From Auanema rhodensis (taxonomy: Eukaryota > Animalia > Nematoda), in NCBI GenBank assembly GCA_964057225.1, contig OZ059900.1, positions 8,928,001 to 8,992,000 on the forward strand: a stretch of 64,000 bases of DNA. The letters are read 5' to 3'. The position numbers were made by a program, and so were the translations under genes. Below are positions 13,401 through 29,300 of this stretch, piece by piece. The first letter of the stretch is position 1. Every line of letters begins with the position of its first letter. A model generated the notes under the pieces. It searched no databases. It saw only the letters and a list, made by a program, of their open reading frames with translations, and was not told where the DNA came from.

Positions 13401-15761
13401 TAGTTAAAATTGAACATATAGATGTGAAAATAGTCAAAGTTTATGAATCCTAAATTTCAGATCCATATCTCAAAGATTCTAATCAACACATACAGTTTTC
13501 ACATGTTTTGTACCCAAAATCGTTGAATATATGGCGTTTTGAGCATAAAAAGGCCCATATTTCAATCAGTTTTGATATTCGTGCAAAATACATCTATATG
13601 AACATTCTATGACAGTATTTCATATATTTAGTCGTTTTAGAAGAAAAAAATATGCTTAAGATCAAAAGTTTGAGTGATTTTGCCAAAATGCCCTTCAAAC
13701 CCCAAAAAACCAATAATTCTTGATATTTTCGGTCCTTTTTGACCAAAGTGGTTAAAATTGAACATATATATGTTAAAATAGTCAAAGTTTATAAATCCTG
13801 AACTTCAAATCCATATCTCAAAGATTCTAATCAACACATACAGTTTTCACATGTTTTGTACCCAAAATCGTTGAATATATGGCGTTTTGAGCATAAAAAG
13901 GCCCATATTTCAATCAGTTTTGATATTCGTGCAAAATACACCTATATGAACATTCTATGACAGTATTTCATATATTTAGTCGTTTTAGAAGAAAAAAATA
14001 TGCTTAAGATCAAAAGTTTGAGTGATTTTGCCAAAATGCCCTTCAAACCCCAAAAAACCAATAATTCTTGATATTTTCGGTCCTTTTTGACCAAAGTGGT
14101 TAAAATTGAACATATATATGTTAAAATAGTCAAAGTTTATAAATCCTGAACTTCAAATCCATATCTCAAAGGGTCTGATCAAAACATACAGTTTTCACAT
14201 GTTTTGTACCCAGAATCGTTGAATATATGGCGTTTTCAGCATAAAAAGGCCCATATTTCAATCAGTTTTGATATTCGTGCAAAATACACCTATATGAACA
14301 TTTTATGACAGTATTTCATACTATTAGTCGTTTTAGAAGAAAAAAATATGCTTAAGATCAAAAGTTTGAGTGATTTTGCCAAAATGCCCTTCAAACCCCA
14401 AAAAACCAATAATTCTTGATATTTTCGGTCCTTTTTGACCAAAGTGGTTAAAATTGAACATATATATGTTAAAATAGTCAAAGTTTATAAATCCTGAACT
14501 TCAAATCCATATCTCAAAGGGTCTGATCAAAACATACAGTTTTCACATGTTTTGTACCCAGAATCGTTGAATATATGGCGTTTTCAGCATAAAAAGGCCC
14601 ATATTTCAATCAGTTTTGATATTCGTGTAAAATACACCTATATGAACATTTTATGACAGTATTTCATACTATTAGTCGTTTTAGAAGAAAAAAATATGCT
14701 TAAGATCAAAAGTTTGACTGATTTTGCCAAAATGCCCTTCAAACATCAAAAAACCAATAATTCTTGATATTTTCGGTCCTTTTTGACCAAAGTAGTTAAA
14801 ATTGAACATATAGATGTGAAAATAGTCAAAGTTTATGAATCCTAAATTTCAGATCCATATATCAAAGGGTCTGATCAAAACATACAGTTTTCACATGTTT
14901 TGTACCCAAAATCGTTGAATATATGGCGTTTTGAGCATAAAAAGGCCCATATTTCAATCAGTTTTGATATTCGTGCAAAATACACCTATATGAACATTCT
15001 ATGACAGTATTTCATAAATTTAGTCGTTTTAGAAGAAAAAAATATGCTTAAGATCAAAAGTTTGAGTGATTTTGCCAAAATGCCCTTCAAACCCCAAAAA
15101 ACCAATAATTCTTGATGTTTTCGGTCCTTTTTGACCAAAGTGGTTAAAATTGAACATATATATGTTGAAATAGTCAAAGTTTATAAATCCTGAATTTCAA
15201 ATCCATATCTCAAAGGGTCTGATCAAAACATACAGTTTTCATATGTTTTGTACCCAAAATCGTTGAATATATGGCGTTTTGAGCATAAAAAGGCCCATAT
15301 TTCAATCAGTTTTGATAGTCGTGCAAAATACACCTATATGAACATTCTATGACAGTATTTCATATATTTAGTCGTTTTAGAAAAAAAAAATATGCTTAAG
15401 ATCAAAAGTTTGAGTGATTTTGCCAAAATGCCCTTCAAACCACAAAAAACCAATAATTCTCGATATTTTCGGTCCTTTTTGACCAAAGTGGTTAAAATTG
15501 AACATATATATGTAAAAATAGTCAAAGTTCATAAATCCTGATTTTCAAATCCATATCTCAAAGGGTCTGATCAACACATACAGTTTTCACATGTTTTGTA
15601 CCCAAAATCGTTGAATATATGGCGTTTTCAGCATAAAAAGGCCCATATTTCAATCAGTTTTGATATTCGTGCAAAATACACCTATATGAACATTTTATGA
15701 CAGTATTTCATATATTTAGTCGTTTTAGAAAAAAAAATATGCTTAAGATCAAAAGTTTGAG
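7411..15761 (+). repeat. Tandem duplication of a 12-monomer block (period 4176 bp)
   Basis: Rare variants recur at +4176: 7965/12141, 8461/12637, 9417/13593, 10941/15117, 11266/15442. Confidence 0.93.
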
Positions 15762-18700
15762 TGATTTTGCCAACATGCCCTTCAAACCCCAAAAAACCAA
15801 TAATTCTTGATATTTTCGGTCCTTTTTGACCAAAGTGGTTGAAATTGAACATATATATGTAAAAATAGTCAAAGATTATGAATCCTGAATTTCAAATCCA
15901 TATCTCAAAGGGTCTGATCAAAACATACAGTTTTCACATGTTTTGTACCCAAAATCGTTGAATATATGGCGTTTTGAGCAAGAAAAGGCCCATATTTCAA
16001 TCAGTTTTGATATTCGTGCAAAATACACCTATATGAACATTTTATGACAGTATTTCATACATTTAGTCGTTTTAGAAAAAAAAATATGCTTAAGATCAAA
16101 AGTTTGAGTGATTTTGCCAAAATGCCCTTCAAACCCCAAAAAACCAATAATTCTTGATATTTTCGGTCCTTTTTGACCAAAGTAGTTAAAATTGAACATA
16201 TAGATGTGAAAATAGTCAAAGTTTATGAATCCTAAATTTCAGATCCATATCTCAAAGATTCTAATCAACACATACAGTTTTCACATGTTTTGTACCCAAA
16301 ATCGTTGAATATATGGCGTTTTGAGCATAAAAAGGCCCATATTTCAATCAGTTTTGATATTCGTGCAAAATACACCTATATGAACATTCTATGACAGTAT
16401 TTCATATATTTAGTCGTTTTAGAAGAAAAAAATATGCTTAAGATCAAAAGTTTGAGTGATTTTGCCAAAATGCCCTTCAAACCCCAAAAAACCAATAATT
16501 CTTGATATTTTCGGTCCTTTTTGACCAAAGTGGTTAAAATTGAACATATATATGTTAAAATAGTCAAAGTTTATGAATCCTGAACTTCAAATCCATATCT
16601 CAAAGATTCTAATCAACACATACAGTTTTCACATGTTTTGTACCCAAAATCGTTGAATATATGGCGTTTTGAGCATAAAAAGGCCCATATTTCAATCAGT
16701 TTTGATATTCGTGCAAAATACACCTATATGAACATTCTATGACAGTATTTCATACATTTAGTCGTTTTAGAAAAAAAAATATGCTTAAGATCAAAAGTTT
16801 GAGTGATTTTGCCAAAATGCCCTTCAAACCCCAAAAAACCAATAATTCTTGATATTTTCGGTCCTTTTTGACCAAAGTAGTTAAAATTGAACATATAGAT
16901 GTGAAAATAGTCAAAGTTTATGAATCCTAAATTTCAGATCCATATCTCAAAGATTCTAATCAACACATACAGTTTTCACATGTTTTGTACCCAAAATCGT
17001 TGAATATATGGCGTTTTGAGCATAAAAAGGCCCATATTTCAATCAGTTTTGATATTCGTGCAAAATACACCTATATGAACATTCTATGACAGTATTTCAT
17101 ATATTTAGTCGTTTTAGAAGAAAAAAAAATGCTTAAGATCAAAAGTTTGAGTGATTTTGCCAAAATGCCCTTCAAACCCCAAAAAACCAATAATTCTTGA
17201 TATTTTCGGTCCTTTTTGACCAAAGTGGTTAAAATTGAACATATATATGTTAAAATAGTCAAAGTTTATGAATCCTGAACTTCAAATCCATATCTCAAAG
17301 ATTCTAATCAACACATACAGTTTTCACATGTTTTGTACCCAAAATCGTTGAATATATGGCGTTTTGAGCATAAAAAGGCCCATATTTCAATCAGTTTTGA
17401 TATTCGTGCAAAATACACCTATATGAACATTCTATGACAGTATTTCATATATTTAGTCGTTTTAGAAGAAAAAAATATGCTTAAGATCAAAAGTTTGAGT
17501 GATTTTGCCAAAATGCCCTTCAAACCCCAAAAAACCAATAATTCTTGATATTTTCGGTCCTTTTTGACCAAAGTGGTTAAAATTGAACATATATATGTTA
17601 AAATAGTCAAAGTTTATAAATCCTGAACTTCAAATCCATATCTCAAAGGGTCTGATCAAAACATACAGTTTTCACATGTTTTGTACCCAGAATCGTTGAA
17701 TATATGGCGTTTTCAGCATAAAAAGGCCCATATTTCAATCAGTTTTGATATTCGTGCAAAATACACCTATATGAACATTTTATGACAGTATTTCATACTA
17801 TTAGTCGTTTTAGAAGAAAAAAATATGCTTAAGATCAAAAGTTTGAGTGATTTTGCCAAAATGCCCTTCAAACCTCAAAAAACCAATAATTCTTGATATT
17901 TTCGGTCCTTTTTGACCAAAGTGGTTAAAATTGAACATATATATGTTAAAATAGTCAAAGTTTATAAATCCTGAATTTCAAATCCATATCTCAAAGGGTC
18001 TGATCAAAACATACAGTTTTCACATGTTTTGTACCCAGAATCGTTGAATATATGGCGTTTTCAGCATAAAAAGGCCCATATTTCAATCAGTTTTGATATT
18101 CGTGTAAAATACACCTATATGAACATTTTATGACAGTATTTCATACTATTAGTCGTTTTAGAAGAAAAAAATATGCTTAAGATCAAAAGTTTGACTGATT
18201 TTGCCAAAATGCCCTTCAAACATCAAAAAACCAATAATTCTTGATATTTTCGGTCCTTTTTGACCAAAGTAGTTAAAATTGAACATATAGATGTGAAAAT
18301 AGTCAAAGTTTATGAATCCTAAATTTCAGATCCATATCTCAAAGGGTCTGATCAAAACATACAGTTTTCACATGTTTTGTACCCAAAATCGTTGAATATA
18401 TGGCGTTTTGAGCATAAAAAGGCCCATATTTCAATCAGTTTTGATATTCGTGCAAAATACACCTATATGAACATTCTATGACAGTATTTCATAAATTTAG
18501 TCGTTTTAGAAGAAAAAAATATGCTTAAGATCAAAAGTTTGAGTGATTTTGCCAAAATGCCCTTCAAACCCCAAAAAACCAATAATTCTTGATATTTTCG
18601 GTCCTTTTTGACCAAAGTGGTTAAAATTGAACATATATATGTTGAAATAGTCAAAGTTTATAAATCCTGAATTTCAAATCCATATCTCAAAGGGTCTGAT

Positions 18701-21700
18701 CAAAACATACAGTTTTCATATGTTTTGTACCCAAAATCGTTGAATATATGGCGTTTTGAGCATAAAAAGGCCCATATTTCAATCAGTTTTGATATTCGTG
18801 CAAAATACACCTATATGAACATTCTATGACAGTATTCCATACATTTAGTCGTTTTAGAAGAAAAAAATATGCTTAAGATCAAAAGTTTGACTGATTTTGC
18901 CAAAATGCCCTTCAAACCCCAAAAAACCAATAATTCTTGATATTTTCGGTCCTTTTTGACCAAAGTGGTTAAAATTGAACATATATATGTTAAAATAGTC
19001 AAAGTTTATGAACCCTGAACTTCAAATCCATATCTCAAAGGGTCTGATCAAAACATACAGTTTTCACATGTTTTGTGCCCAAAATCGTTGAATATATGGC
19101 GTTTTGAGCATAAAAAGGCCCATATTTCAATCAGTTTTGATATTCGTGCAAAATACACCTATATGCACATTCTGCGACAGTATTTCATATATTTAGTCGT
19201 TTTAGAAGAGAAAAATATGCTTAAGATCAAAAGTTTGAGTGATTTTGCCAAAATGCCCTTCAAACCCCAAAAAACCAATAATTCTTGATATTTTCGGTCC
19301 TTTTTGACCAAAGTGGTTAAAATTGAACATATATATGTTGAAATAGTCAAAGTTTATAAATCCTGAATTTCAAATCCATATCTCAAAGGGTCTGATCAAA
19401 ACATACAGTTTTCATATGTTTTGAACCCAAAATCGTTGAATATATGGCGTTTTGAGCATAAAAAGGCCCATATTTCAATCAGTTTTGATAGTCGTGCAAA
19501 ATACACCTATATGAACATTCTATGACAGTATTTCATATATTTAGTCGTTTTAGAAAAAAAAATATGCTTAAGATCAAAAGTTTGAGTGATTTTGCCAAAA
19601 TGCCCTTCAAACCCCAAAAAACCAATAATTCTCGATATTTTCGGTCCTTTTTGACCAAAGTGGTTAAAATTGAACATATATATGTAAAAATAGTCAAAGT
19701 TCATAAATCCTGATTTTCAAATCCATATCTCAAAGGGTCTGATCAACACATACAGTTTTCACATGTTTTGTACCCAAAATCGTTGAATATATGGCGTTTT
19801 CAGCATAAAAAGGCCCATATTTCAATCAGTTTTGATATTCGTGCAAAATACACCTATATGAACATTCTATGACAGTATTTCATACATTCAGTCGTTTTAG
19901 AAGAAAAAAATATGCTTAAGATCAAAAGTTTGACTGATTTTGCCAAAATGCCCTTCAAACCTCAAAAAACCAATAATTCTTGATATTTTCGGTCCTTTTT
20001 GACCAAAGTAGTTAAAATTGAACATATAGATGTGAAAATAGTCAAAGTTTATGAATCCTAAATTTCAGATCCATATCTCAAAGGGTCTGATCAAAACATA
20101 CAGTTTTCACATGTTTTGTACCCAAAATCGTTGAATATATGGCGTTTTGAGCATAAAAAGGCCCATATTTCAATCAGTTTTGATATTCGTGCAAAATACA
20201 CCTATATGAACATTCTATGACAGTATTTCATATATGTAGTCGTTTTAGAAGAAAAAAATATGCTTAAGATCAAAAGTTTGACTGATTTTGCCAAAATGCC
20301 CTTCAAACCTCAAAAAACCAATAATTCTTGATATTTTCGGTCCTTTTTGACCAAAGTGGTTAAAATTGAACATATATATGTTGAAATAGTCAAAGTTTAT
20401 AAATCCTGAATTTCAAATCCATATCTCAAAGGGTCTGATCAAAACATACAGTTTTCATATGTTTTGTACCCAAAATCGTTGAATATATGGCGTTTTGAGC
20501 ATAAAAAGGCCCATATTTCAATCAGTTTTGATAGTCGTGCAAAATACACCTATATGAACATTCTATGACAGTATTTCATATATTTAGTCGTTTTAGAAAA
20601 AAAAATATGCTTAAGATCAAAAGTTTGAGTGATTTTGCCAACATGCCCTTCAAACCCCAAAAAACCAATAATTCTTGATATTTTCGGTCCTTTTTGACCA
20701 AAGTGGTTGAAATTGAACATATATATGTAAAAATAGTCAAAGATTATGAATCCTGAATTTCAAATCCATATCTCAAAGGGTCTGATCAAAACATACAGTT
20801 TTCACATGTTTTGTACCCAAAATCGTTGAATATATGGCGTTTTGAGCATAAAAAGGCCCATATTTCAATCAGTTTTGATATTCGTGCAAAATACACCTAT
20901 ATGAACATTTTATGACAGTATTTCATACATTTAGTCGTTTTAGAAAAAAAAATATGCTTAAGATCAAAAGTTTGAGTGATTTTGCCAACATGCCCTTCAA
21001 ACCCCAAAAAACCAATAATTCTTGATATTTTCGGTCCTTTTCGACCAAAGTGGTTAAAATTGAACATATATATGTTAAAATAGTCAAAGTTTATAAATCC
21101 TGAATTTCAAATCCATATCTCAAAGGGTCTGATCAAAACATACAGTTTTCACATGTTTTGTACCCAGAATCGTTGAATATATGGCGTTTTGAGCATAAAA
21201 AGGCCCATATTTCAATCAGTTTTGATATTCGTGCAAAATACACCTATATGAACATTCTATGACATTATTTCATAAATTTAGTCGTTTTAGAAAAAAAAAA
21301 TATGCTTAAGATCAAAAGTTTGAGTGATTTTGCCAAAATGCCCTTCAAACCCCAAAAAACCAATAATTCTTGATATTTTCGGTCCTTTTTGACCAAAGTG
21401 GTTAAAATTGAACATATATATGTTGAAATAGTCAAAGTTTATAAATCCTGATTTTCAAATCCATATCTCAAAGGGTCTGATCAAAACATACAGTTTTCAC
21501 ATGTTTTGTACCTAGAATCGTTGAATATATGGCGTTTTCAGCATAAAAAGGCCCATATTTCAATCAGTTTTGATATTCGTGCAAAATACACCTATATGAA
21601 CATTCTATGACATTATTTCATACTATTAGTCGTTTTAGAAGAAAAAAATATGCTTAAGATCAAAAGTTTGACTGATTTTGCCAAAATGCCCTTCAAACCT

Positions 21701-23329
21701 CAAAAAACCAATAATTCTTGATATTTTCGGTCCTTTTTGACCAAAGTGGTTAAAATTGAACATATAGATGTGAAAATAGTCAAAGTTTATAAATCCTGAT
21801 TTTCAAATCCATATCTCAAAGGGTCTGATCAAAACATACAGTTTTCACATGTTTTGTACCCAAAATCGTTGAATATATGGCGTTTTGAGCATAAAGAGGC
21901 CCATATTTCAATCAGTTTTGATATTCGTGCAAATTACACCTATATAAACATTCTATGACAGTATTTCATAAATTTAGTCGTTTTAGAAGAAAAAAATATG
22001 CTTAAGATCAAAAGTTTGAGTGATTTTGCCAAAATGCCCTTCAAACCCCAAAAAACCAATAATTCTTGATATTTTCGGTCCTTTTTGACCAAAGTGGTTA
22101 AAATTGAACATATATATGTTGAAATAGTCAAAGTTTATAAATCCTGAATTTCAAATCCATATCTCAAAGGGTCTGATCAAAACATACAGTTTTCATATGT
22201 TTTGTACCCAAAATCGTTGAATATATGGCGTTTTGAGCATAAAAAGGCCCATATTTCAATCAGTTTTGATAGTCGTGCAAAATACACCTATATGAACATT
22301 CTATGACAGTATTTCATACATTTAGTCGTTTTAGAAGAAAAAAATATGCTTAAGATCAAAAGTTTGACTGATTTTGCCAAAATGCCCTTCAAACCTCAAA
22401 AAACCAATAATTCTTGATATTTTCGGTCCTTTTTGACCAAAATAGTTAAAATTGAACATATAGATGTGAAAATAGTCAAAGTTTATGAAACCTAAATTTC
22501 AGATCCATATCTCAAAGGGTCTGATCAAAACATACAGTTTTCACATGTTTTGTACCCAAAATCGTTGAATATATGGCGTTTTGAGCATAAAAAGGCCCAT
22601 ATTTCAATCAGTTTTGATATTCGTGCAAAATGCACCTATATGAACATTCTATGACAGTATTTCATAAATTTAGTCGTTTTAGAAGAAAAAAATATGCTTA
22701 AGATCAAAAGTTTGAGTGATTTTGCCAACATGCCCTTCAAACCCCAAAAAACCAATAATTCTTGATATTTTCGGTCCTTTTTGACCAAAGTGGTTGAAAT
22801 TGAACATATATATGTAAAAATAGTCAAAGATTATGAATCCTGAATTTCAAATCCATATCTCAAAGGGTCTGATCAAAACATACAGTTTTCACATGTTTTG
22901 TACCCAAAATCGTTGAATATATGGCGTTTTGAGCATGAAAAGGCCCATATTTCAATCAGTTTTGATATTCGTGCAAAATACACCTATATGAACATTCTAT
23001 GACAGTATTTCATACATTTAGTCGTTTTAGAAGAAAAAAATATGCTTAAGATCAAAAGTTTGACTGATTTTGCCAAAATGCCCTTCAAACCTCAAAAAAC
23101 CAATAATTCTTGATATTTTCGGTCCTTTTTGACCAAAATAGTTAAAATTGAACATATAGATGTGAAAATAGTCAAAGTTTATGAAACCTAAATTTCAGAT
23201 CCATATCTCAAAGGGTCTGATCAAAACATACAGTTTTCACATGTTTTGTACCCAAAATCGTTGAATATATGGCGTTTTGAGCATAAAAAGGCCCATATTT
23301 CAATCAGTTTTGATATTCGTGCAAAATAC

Positions 23330-26300
23330 ACCTATATGAACATTCTATGACAGTATTTCATAAATTTAGTCGTTTTAGAAGAAAAAAATATGCTTAAGAT
23401 CAAAAGTTTGAGTGATTTTGCCAAAATGCCCTTCAAACCCCAAAAAACCAATAATTCTTGATATTTTCGGTCCTTTTTGACCAAAGTGGTTAAAATTGAA
23501 CATATATATGTTGAAATAGTCAAAGTTTATAAATCCTGAATTTCAAATCCATATCTCAAAGGGTCTGATCAAAACATACAGTTTTCATATGTTTTGTACC
23601 CAAAATCGTTGAATATATGGCGTTTTGAGCATAAAAAGGCCCATATTTCAATCAGTTTTGATAGTCGTGCAAAATACACCTATATGAACATTCTATGACA
23701 GTATTTCATATATTTAGTCGTTTTAGAAAAAAAAAATATGCTTAAGATCAAAAGTTTGAGTGATTTTGCCAACATGCCCTTCAAACCCCAAAAAACCAAT
23801 AATTCTTGATATTTTCGGTCCTTTTTGACCAAAGTGGTTGAAATTGAACATATATATGTAAAAATAGTCAAAGATTATGAATCCTGAATTTCAAATCCAT
23901 ATCTCAAAGGGTCTGATCAAAACATACAGTTTTCACATGTTTTGTACCCAAAATCGTTGAATATATGGCGTTTTGAGCATGAAAAGGCCCATATTTCAAT
24001 CAGTTTTGATATTCGTGCAAAATACACCTATATGAACATTTTATGACAGTATTTCATACATTTAGTCGTTTTAGAAAAAAAAAATATGCTTAAGATCAAA
24101 AGTTTGAGTGATTTTGCCAACATGCCCTTCAAACCCCAAAAAACCAATAATTCTTGATATTTTCGGTCCTATTTGACCAAAGTGGTTGAAATTGAACATA
24201 TATATGTAAAAATAGTCAAAGATTATGAATCCTGAATTTCAAATCCATATCTCGAAGGGTCTGATCAAAACATACAGTTTTCACATGTTTTGTACCCAAA
24301 ATCGTTGAATATATGGCGTTTTGAGCATAAAAAGGCCCATATTTCAATCAGTTTTGATATTCGTGCAAAATACACCTATATGAACATTTTATGACAGTAT
24401 TTCATATATTTAGTCGTTTTAGAAGAAAAAAATATGCTTAAGATCAAAAGTTTGAGTGATTTTGCCAAAATGCCCTTCAAACCCCAAAAAACCAATAATT
24501 CTTGATATTTTCGGTCCTTTTTGACCAAAGTGGTTAAAATTGAACATATATATGTTGAAATAGTCAAAGTTTATAAATCCTGAATTTCAAATCCATATCT
24601 CAAAGGGTCTGATCAACACATACAGTTTTCACATGTTTTGTACCCAAAATCGTTGAATATATGGCGTTTTCAGCATAAAAAGGCCCATATTTCAATCAGT
24701 TTTGATATTCGTGCAAAATACACCTATATGAACATTCTATGACAGTATTTCATACATTTAGTCGTTTTAGAAGAAAAAAATATGCTTAAGATCAAAAGTT
24801 TGACTGATTTTGCCAAAATGCCCTTCAAACCTCAAAAAACCAATAATTCTTGATATTTTCGGTCCTTTTTGACCAAAATAGTTAAAATTGAACATATAGA
24901 TGTGAAAATAGTCAAAGTTTATGAATCCTAAATTTCAGATCCATATCTCAAAGGGTCTGATCAAAACATACAGTTTTCACATGTTTTGTACCCAAAATCG
25001 TTGAATATATGGCGTTTTGAGCATAAAAAGGCCCATATTTCAATCAGTTTTGATATTCGTGCAAAATACACCTATATGAACATTCTATGACAGTATTTCA
25101 TACATTTAGTCGTTTTAGAAGAAAAAAATATGCTTAAGATCAAAAGTTTGACTGATTTTGCCAAAATGCCCTTCAAACCTCAAAAAACCAATAATTCTTG
25201 ATATTTTCGGTCCTTTTTGACCAAAATAGTTAAAATTGAACATATAGATGTGAAAATAGTCAAAGTTTATGAAACCTAAATTTCAGATCCATATCTCAAA
25301 GGGTCTGATCAAAACATACAGTTTTCACATGTTTTGTACCCAAAATCGTTGAATATATGGCGTTTTGAACATAAAAAGGCCCATATTTCAATCAGTTTTG
25401 ATATTCGTGCAAAATACACCTATATGAACATTCTATGACAGTATTTCATAAATTTAGTCGTTTTAGAAGAAAAAAATATGCTTAAGATCAAAAGTTTGAG
25501 TGATTTTGCCAAAATGCCCTTCAAACCCCAAAAAACCAATAATTCTTGATATTTTCGGTCCTTTTTGACCAAAGTGGTTAAAATTGAACATATATATGTT
25601 GAAATAGTCAAAGTTTATAAATCCTGAATTTCAAATCCATATCTCAAAGGGTCTGATCAAAACATACAGTTTTCATATGTTTTGTACCCAAAATCGTTGA
25701 ATATATGGCGTTTTGAGCATAAAAAGGCCCATATTTCAATCAGTTTTGATATTCGTGCAAAATACACCTATATGAACATTTTATGACAGTATTTCATATA
25801 TGTAGTCGTTTTAGAAGAAAAAAATATGCTTAAGATCAAAAGTTTGACTGATTTTGCCAAAATGCCCTTCAAACCTCAAAAAACCAATAATTCTTGATAT
25901 TTTCGGTCCTTTTTGACCAAAGTGGTTAAAATTGAACATATATATGTTAAAATAGTCAAAGTTTATGAACCCTGAACTTCAAATCCATATCTCAAAGGGT
26001 CTGATCAAAACATACAGTTTTCACATGTTTTGTGCCCAAAATCGTTGAATATATGGCGTTTTGAGCATAAAAAGGCCCATATTTCAATCAGTTTTGATAT
26101 TCGTGCAAAATACACCTATATGCACATTCTGCGACTGTATTTCATATATTTAGTCGTTTTAGAAGAGAAAAATATGCTTAAGATCAAAAGTTTGAGTGAT
26201 TTTGCCAAAATGCCCTTCAAACCCCAAAAAACCAATAATTCTTGATATTTTCGGTCCTTTTTGACCAAAGTGGTTAAAATTGAACATATATATGTTGAAA

Positions 26301-29300
26301 TAGTCAAAGTTTATAAATCCTGAATTTCAAATCCATATCTCAAAGGGTCTGATCAAAACATACAGTTTTCATATGTTTTGTACCCAAAATCGTTGAATAT
26401 ATGGCGTTTTGAGCATAAAAAGGCCCATATTTCAATCAGTTTTGATATTCGTGCAAAATACACCTATATGAACATTTTATGACAGTATTTCATTCATTTA
26501 GTCGTTTTAGAAAAAAAAAATATGCTTAAGATCAAAAGTTTGAGTGATTTTGCCAACATGCCCTTCAAACCCCAAAAAACCAATAATTCTTGATATTTTC
26601 GGTCCTTTTTGACCAAAGTGGTTGAAATTGAACATATATATGTAAAAATAGTCAAAGATTATGAATCCTGAATTTCAAATCCATATCTCAAAGGGTCTGA
26701 TCAAAACATACAGTTTTCACATGTTTTGTACCCAGAATCGTTGAATATATGGCGTTTTCAGCATAAAAAGGCCCATATTTCAATCAGTTTTGATATTCGT
26801 GTAAAATACACCTATATGAACATTTTATGACAGTATTTCATAAATTTAGTCGTTTTAGAAGAAAAAAATATGCTTAAGATCAAAAGTTTGAGTGATTTTG
26901 CCAAAATGCCCTTCAAACCCCAAAAAACCAATAATTCTTGATATTTTCGGTCCTTTTTGACCAAAGTGGTTAAAATTGAACATATATATGTTGAAATAGT
27001 CAAAGTTTATAAATCCTGAATTTCAAATCCATATCTCAAAGGGTCTGATCAAAACATACAGTTTTCATATGTTTTGTACCCAAAATCGTTGAATATATGG
27101 CGTTTTGAGCATAAAAAGGCCCATATTTCAATCAGTTTTGATAGTCGTGCAAAATACACCTATATGAACATTCTATGACAGTATTTCATATATTTAGTCG
27201 TTTTAGAAAAAAAAAATATGCTTAAGATCAAAAGTTTGAGTGATTTTGCCAACATGCCCTTCAAACCCCAAAAAACCAATAATTCTTGATATTTTCGGTC
27301 CTTTTTGACCAAAGTGGTTGAAATTGAACATATATATGTAAAAATAGTCAAAGATTATGAATCCTGAATTTCAAATCCATATCTCAAAGGGTCTGATCAA
27401 AACATACAGTTTTCACATGTTTTGTACCCAAAATCGTTGAATATATGGCGTTTTGAGCATGAAAAGGCCCATATTTCAATCAGTTTTGATATTCGTGCAA
27501 AATACACCTATATGAACATTTTATGACAGTATTTCATACATTTAGTCGTTTTAGAAAAAAAAAATATGCTTAAGATCAAAAGTTTGAGTGATTTTGCCAA
27601 CATGCCCTTCAAACCCCAAAAAACCAATAATTCTTGATATTTTCGGTCCTATTTGACCAAAGTGGTTGAAATTGAACATATATATGTAAAAATAGTCAAA
27701 GATTATGAATCCTGAATTTCAAATCCATATCTCGAAGGGTCTGATCAAAACATACAGTTTTCACATGTTTTGTACCCAAAATCGTTGAATATATGGCGTT
27801 TTGAGCATAAAAAGGCCCATATTTCAATCAGTTTTGATATTCGTGCAAAATACACCTATATGAACATTTTATGACAGTATTTCATATATTTAGTCGTTTT
27901 AGAAGAAAAAAATATGCTTAAGATCAAAAGTTTGAGTGATTTTGCCAAAATGCCCTTCAAACCCCAAAAAACCAATAATTCTTGATATTTTCGGTCCTTT
28001 TTGACCAAAGTGGTTAAAATTGAACATATATATGTTGAAATAGTCAAAGTTTATAAATCCTGAATTTCAAATCCATATCTCAAAGGGTCTGATCAACACA
28101 TACAGTTTTCACATGTTTTGTACCCAAAATCGTTGAATATATGGCGTTTTCAGCATAAAAAGGCCCATATTTCAATCAGTTTTGATATTCGTGCAAAATA
28201 CACCTATATGAACATTCTATGACAGTATTTCATACATTTAGTCGTTTTAGAAGAAAAAAATATGCTTAAGATCAAAAGTTTGACTGATTTTGCCAAAATG
28301 CCCTTCAAACCTCAAAAAACCAATAATTCTTGATATTTTCGGTCCTTTTTGACCAAAATAGTTAAAATTGAACATATAGATGTGAAAATAGTCAAAGTTT
28401 ATGAAACCTAAATTTCAGATCCATATCTCAAAGGGTCTGATCAAAACATACAGTTTTCACATGTTTTGTACCCAAAATCGTTGAATATATGGCGTTTTGA
28501 ACATAAAAAGGCCCATATTTTAATCAGTTTTGATATTCGTGCAAAATACACCTATATGAACATTCTATGACAGTATTTCATAAATTTAGTCGTTTTAGAA
28601 GAAAAAAATATGCTTAAGATCAAAAGTTTGAGTGATTTTGCCAAAATGCCCTTCAAACCCCAAAAAACCAATAATTCTTGATATTTTCGGTCCTTTTTGA
28701 CCAAAGTGGTTAAAATTGAACATATATATGTTGAAATAGTCAAAGTTTATAAATCCTGAATTTCAAATCCATATCTCAAAGGGTCTGATCAAAACATACA
28801 GTTTTCATATGTTTTGTACCCAAAATCGTTGAATATATGGCGTTTTGAGCATAAAAAGGCCCATATTTCAATCAGTTTTGATATTCGTGCAAAATACACC
28901 TATATGAACATTTTATGACAGTATTTCATATATGTAGTCGTTTTAGAAGAAAAAAATATGCTTAAGATCAAAAGTTTGAGTGATTTTGCCAACATGCCCT
29001 TCAAACCCCAAAAAACCAATAATTCTTGATATTTTCGGTCCTTTTTGACCAAAGTGGTTAAAATTGAACATATATATGTTAAAATAGTCAAAGTTTATGA
29101 ACCCTGAACTTCAAATCCATATCTCAAAGGGTCTGATCAAAACATACAGTTTTCACATGTTTTGTGCCCAAAATCGTTGAATATATGGCGTTTTGAGCAT
29201 AAAAAGGCCCATATTTCAATCAGTTTTGATATTCGTGCAAAATACACCTATATGCACATTCTGCGACTGTATTTCATATATTTAGTCGTTTTAGAAGAGA

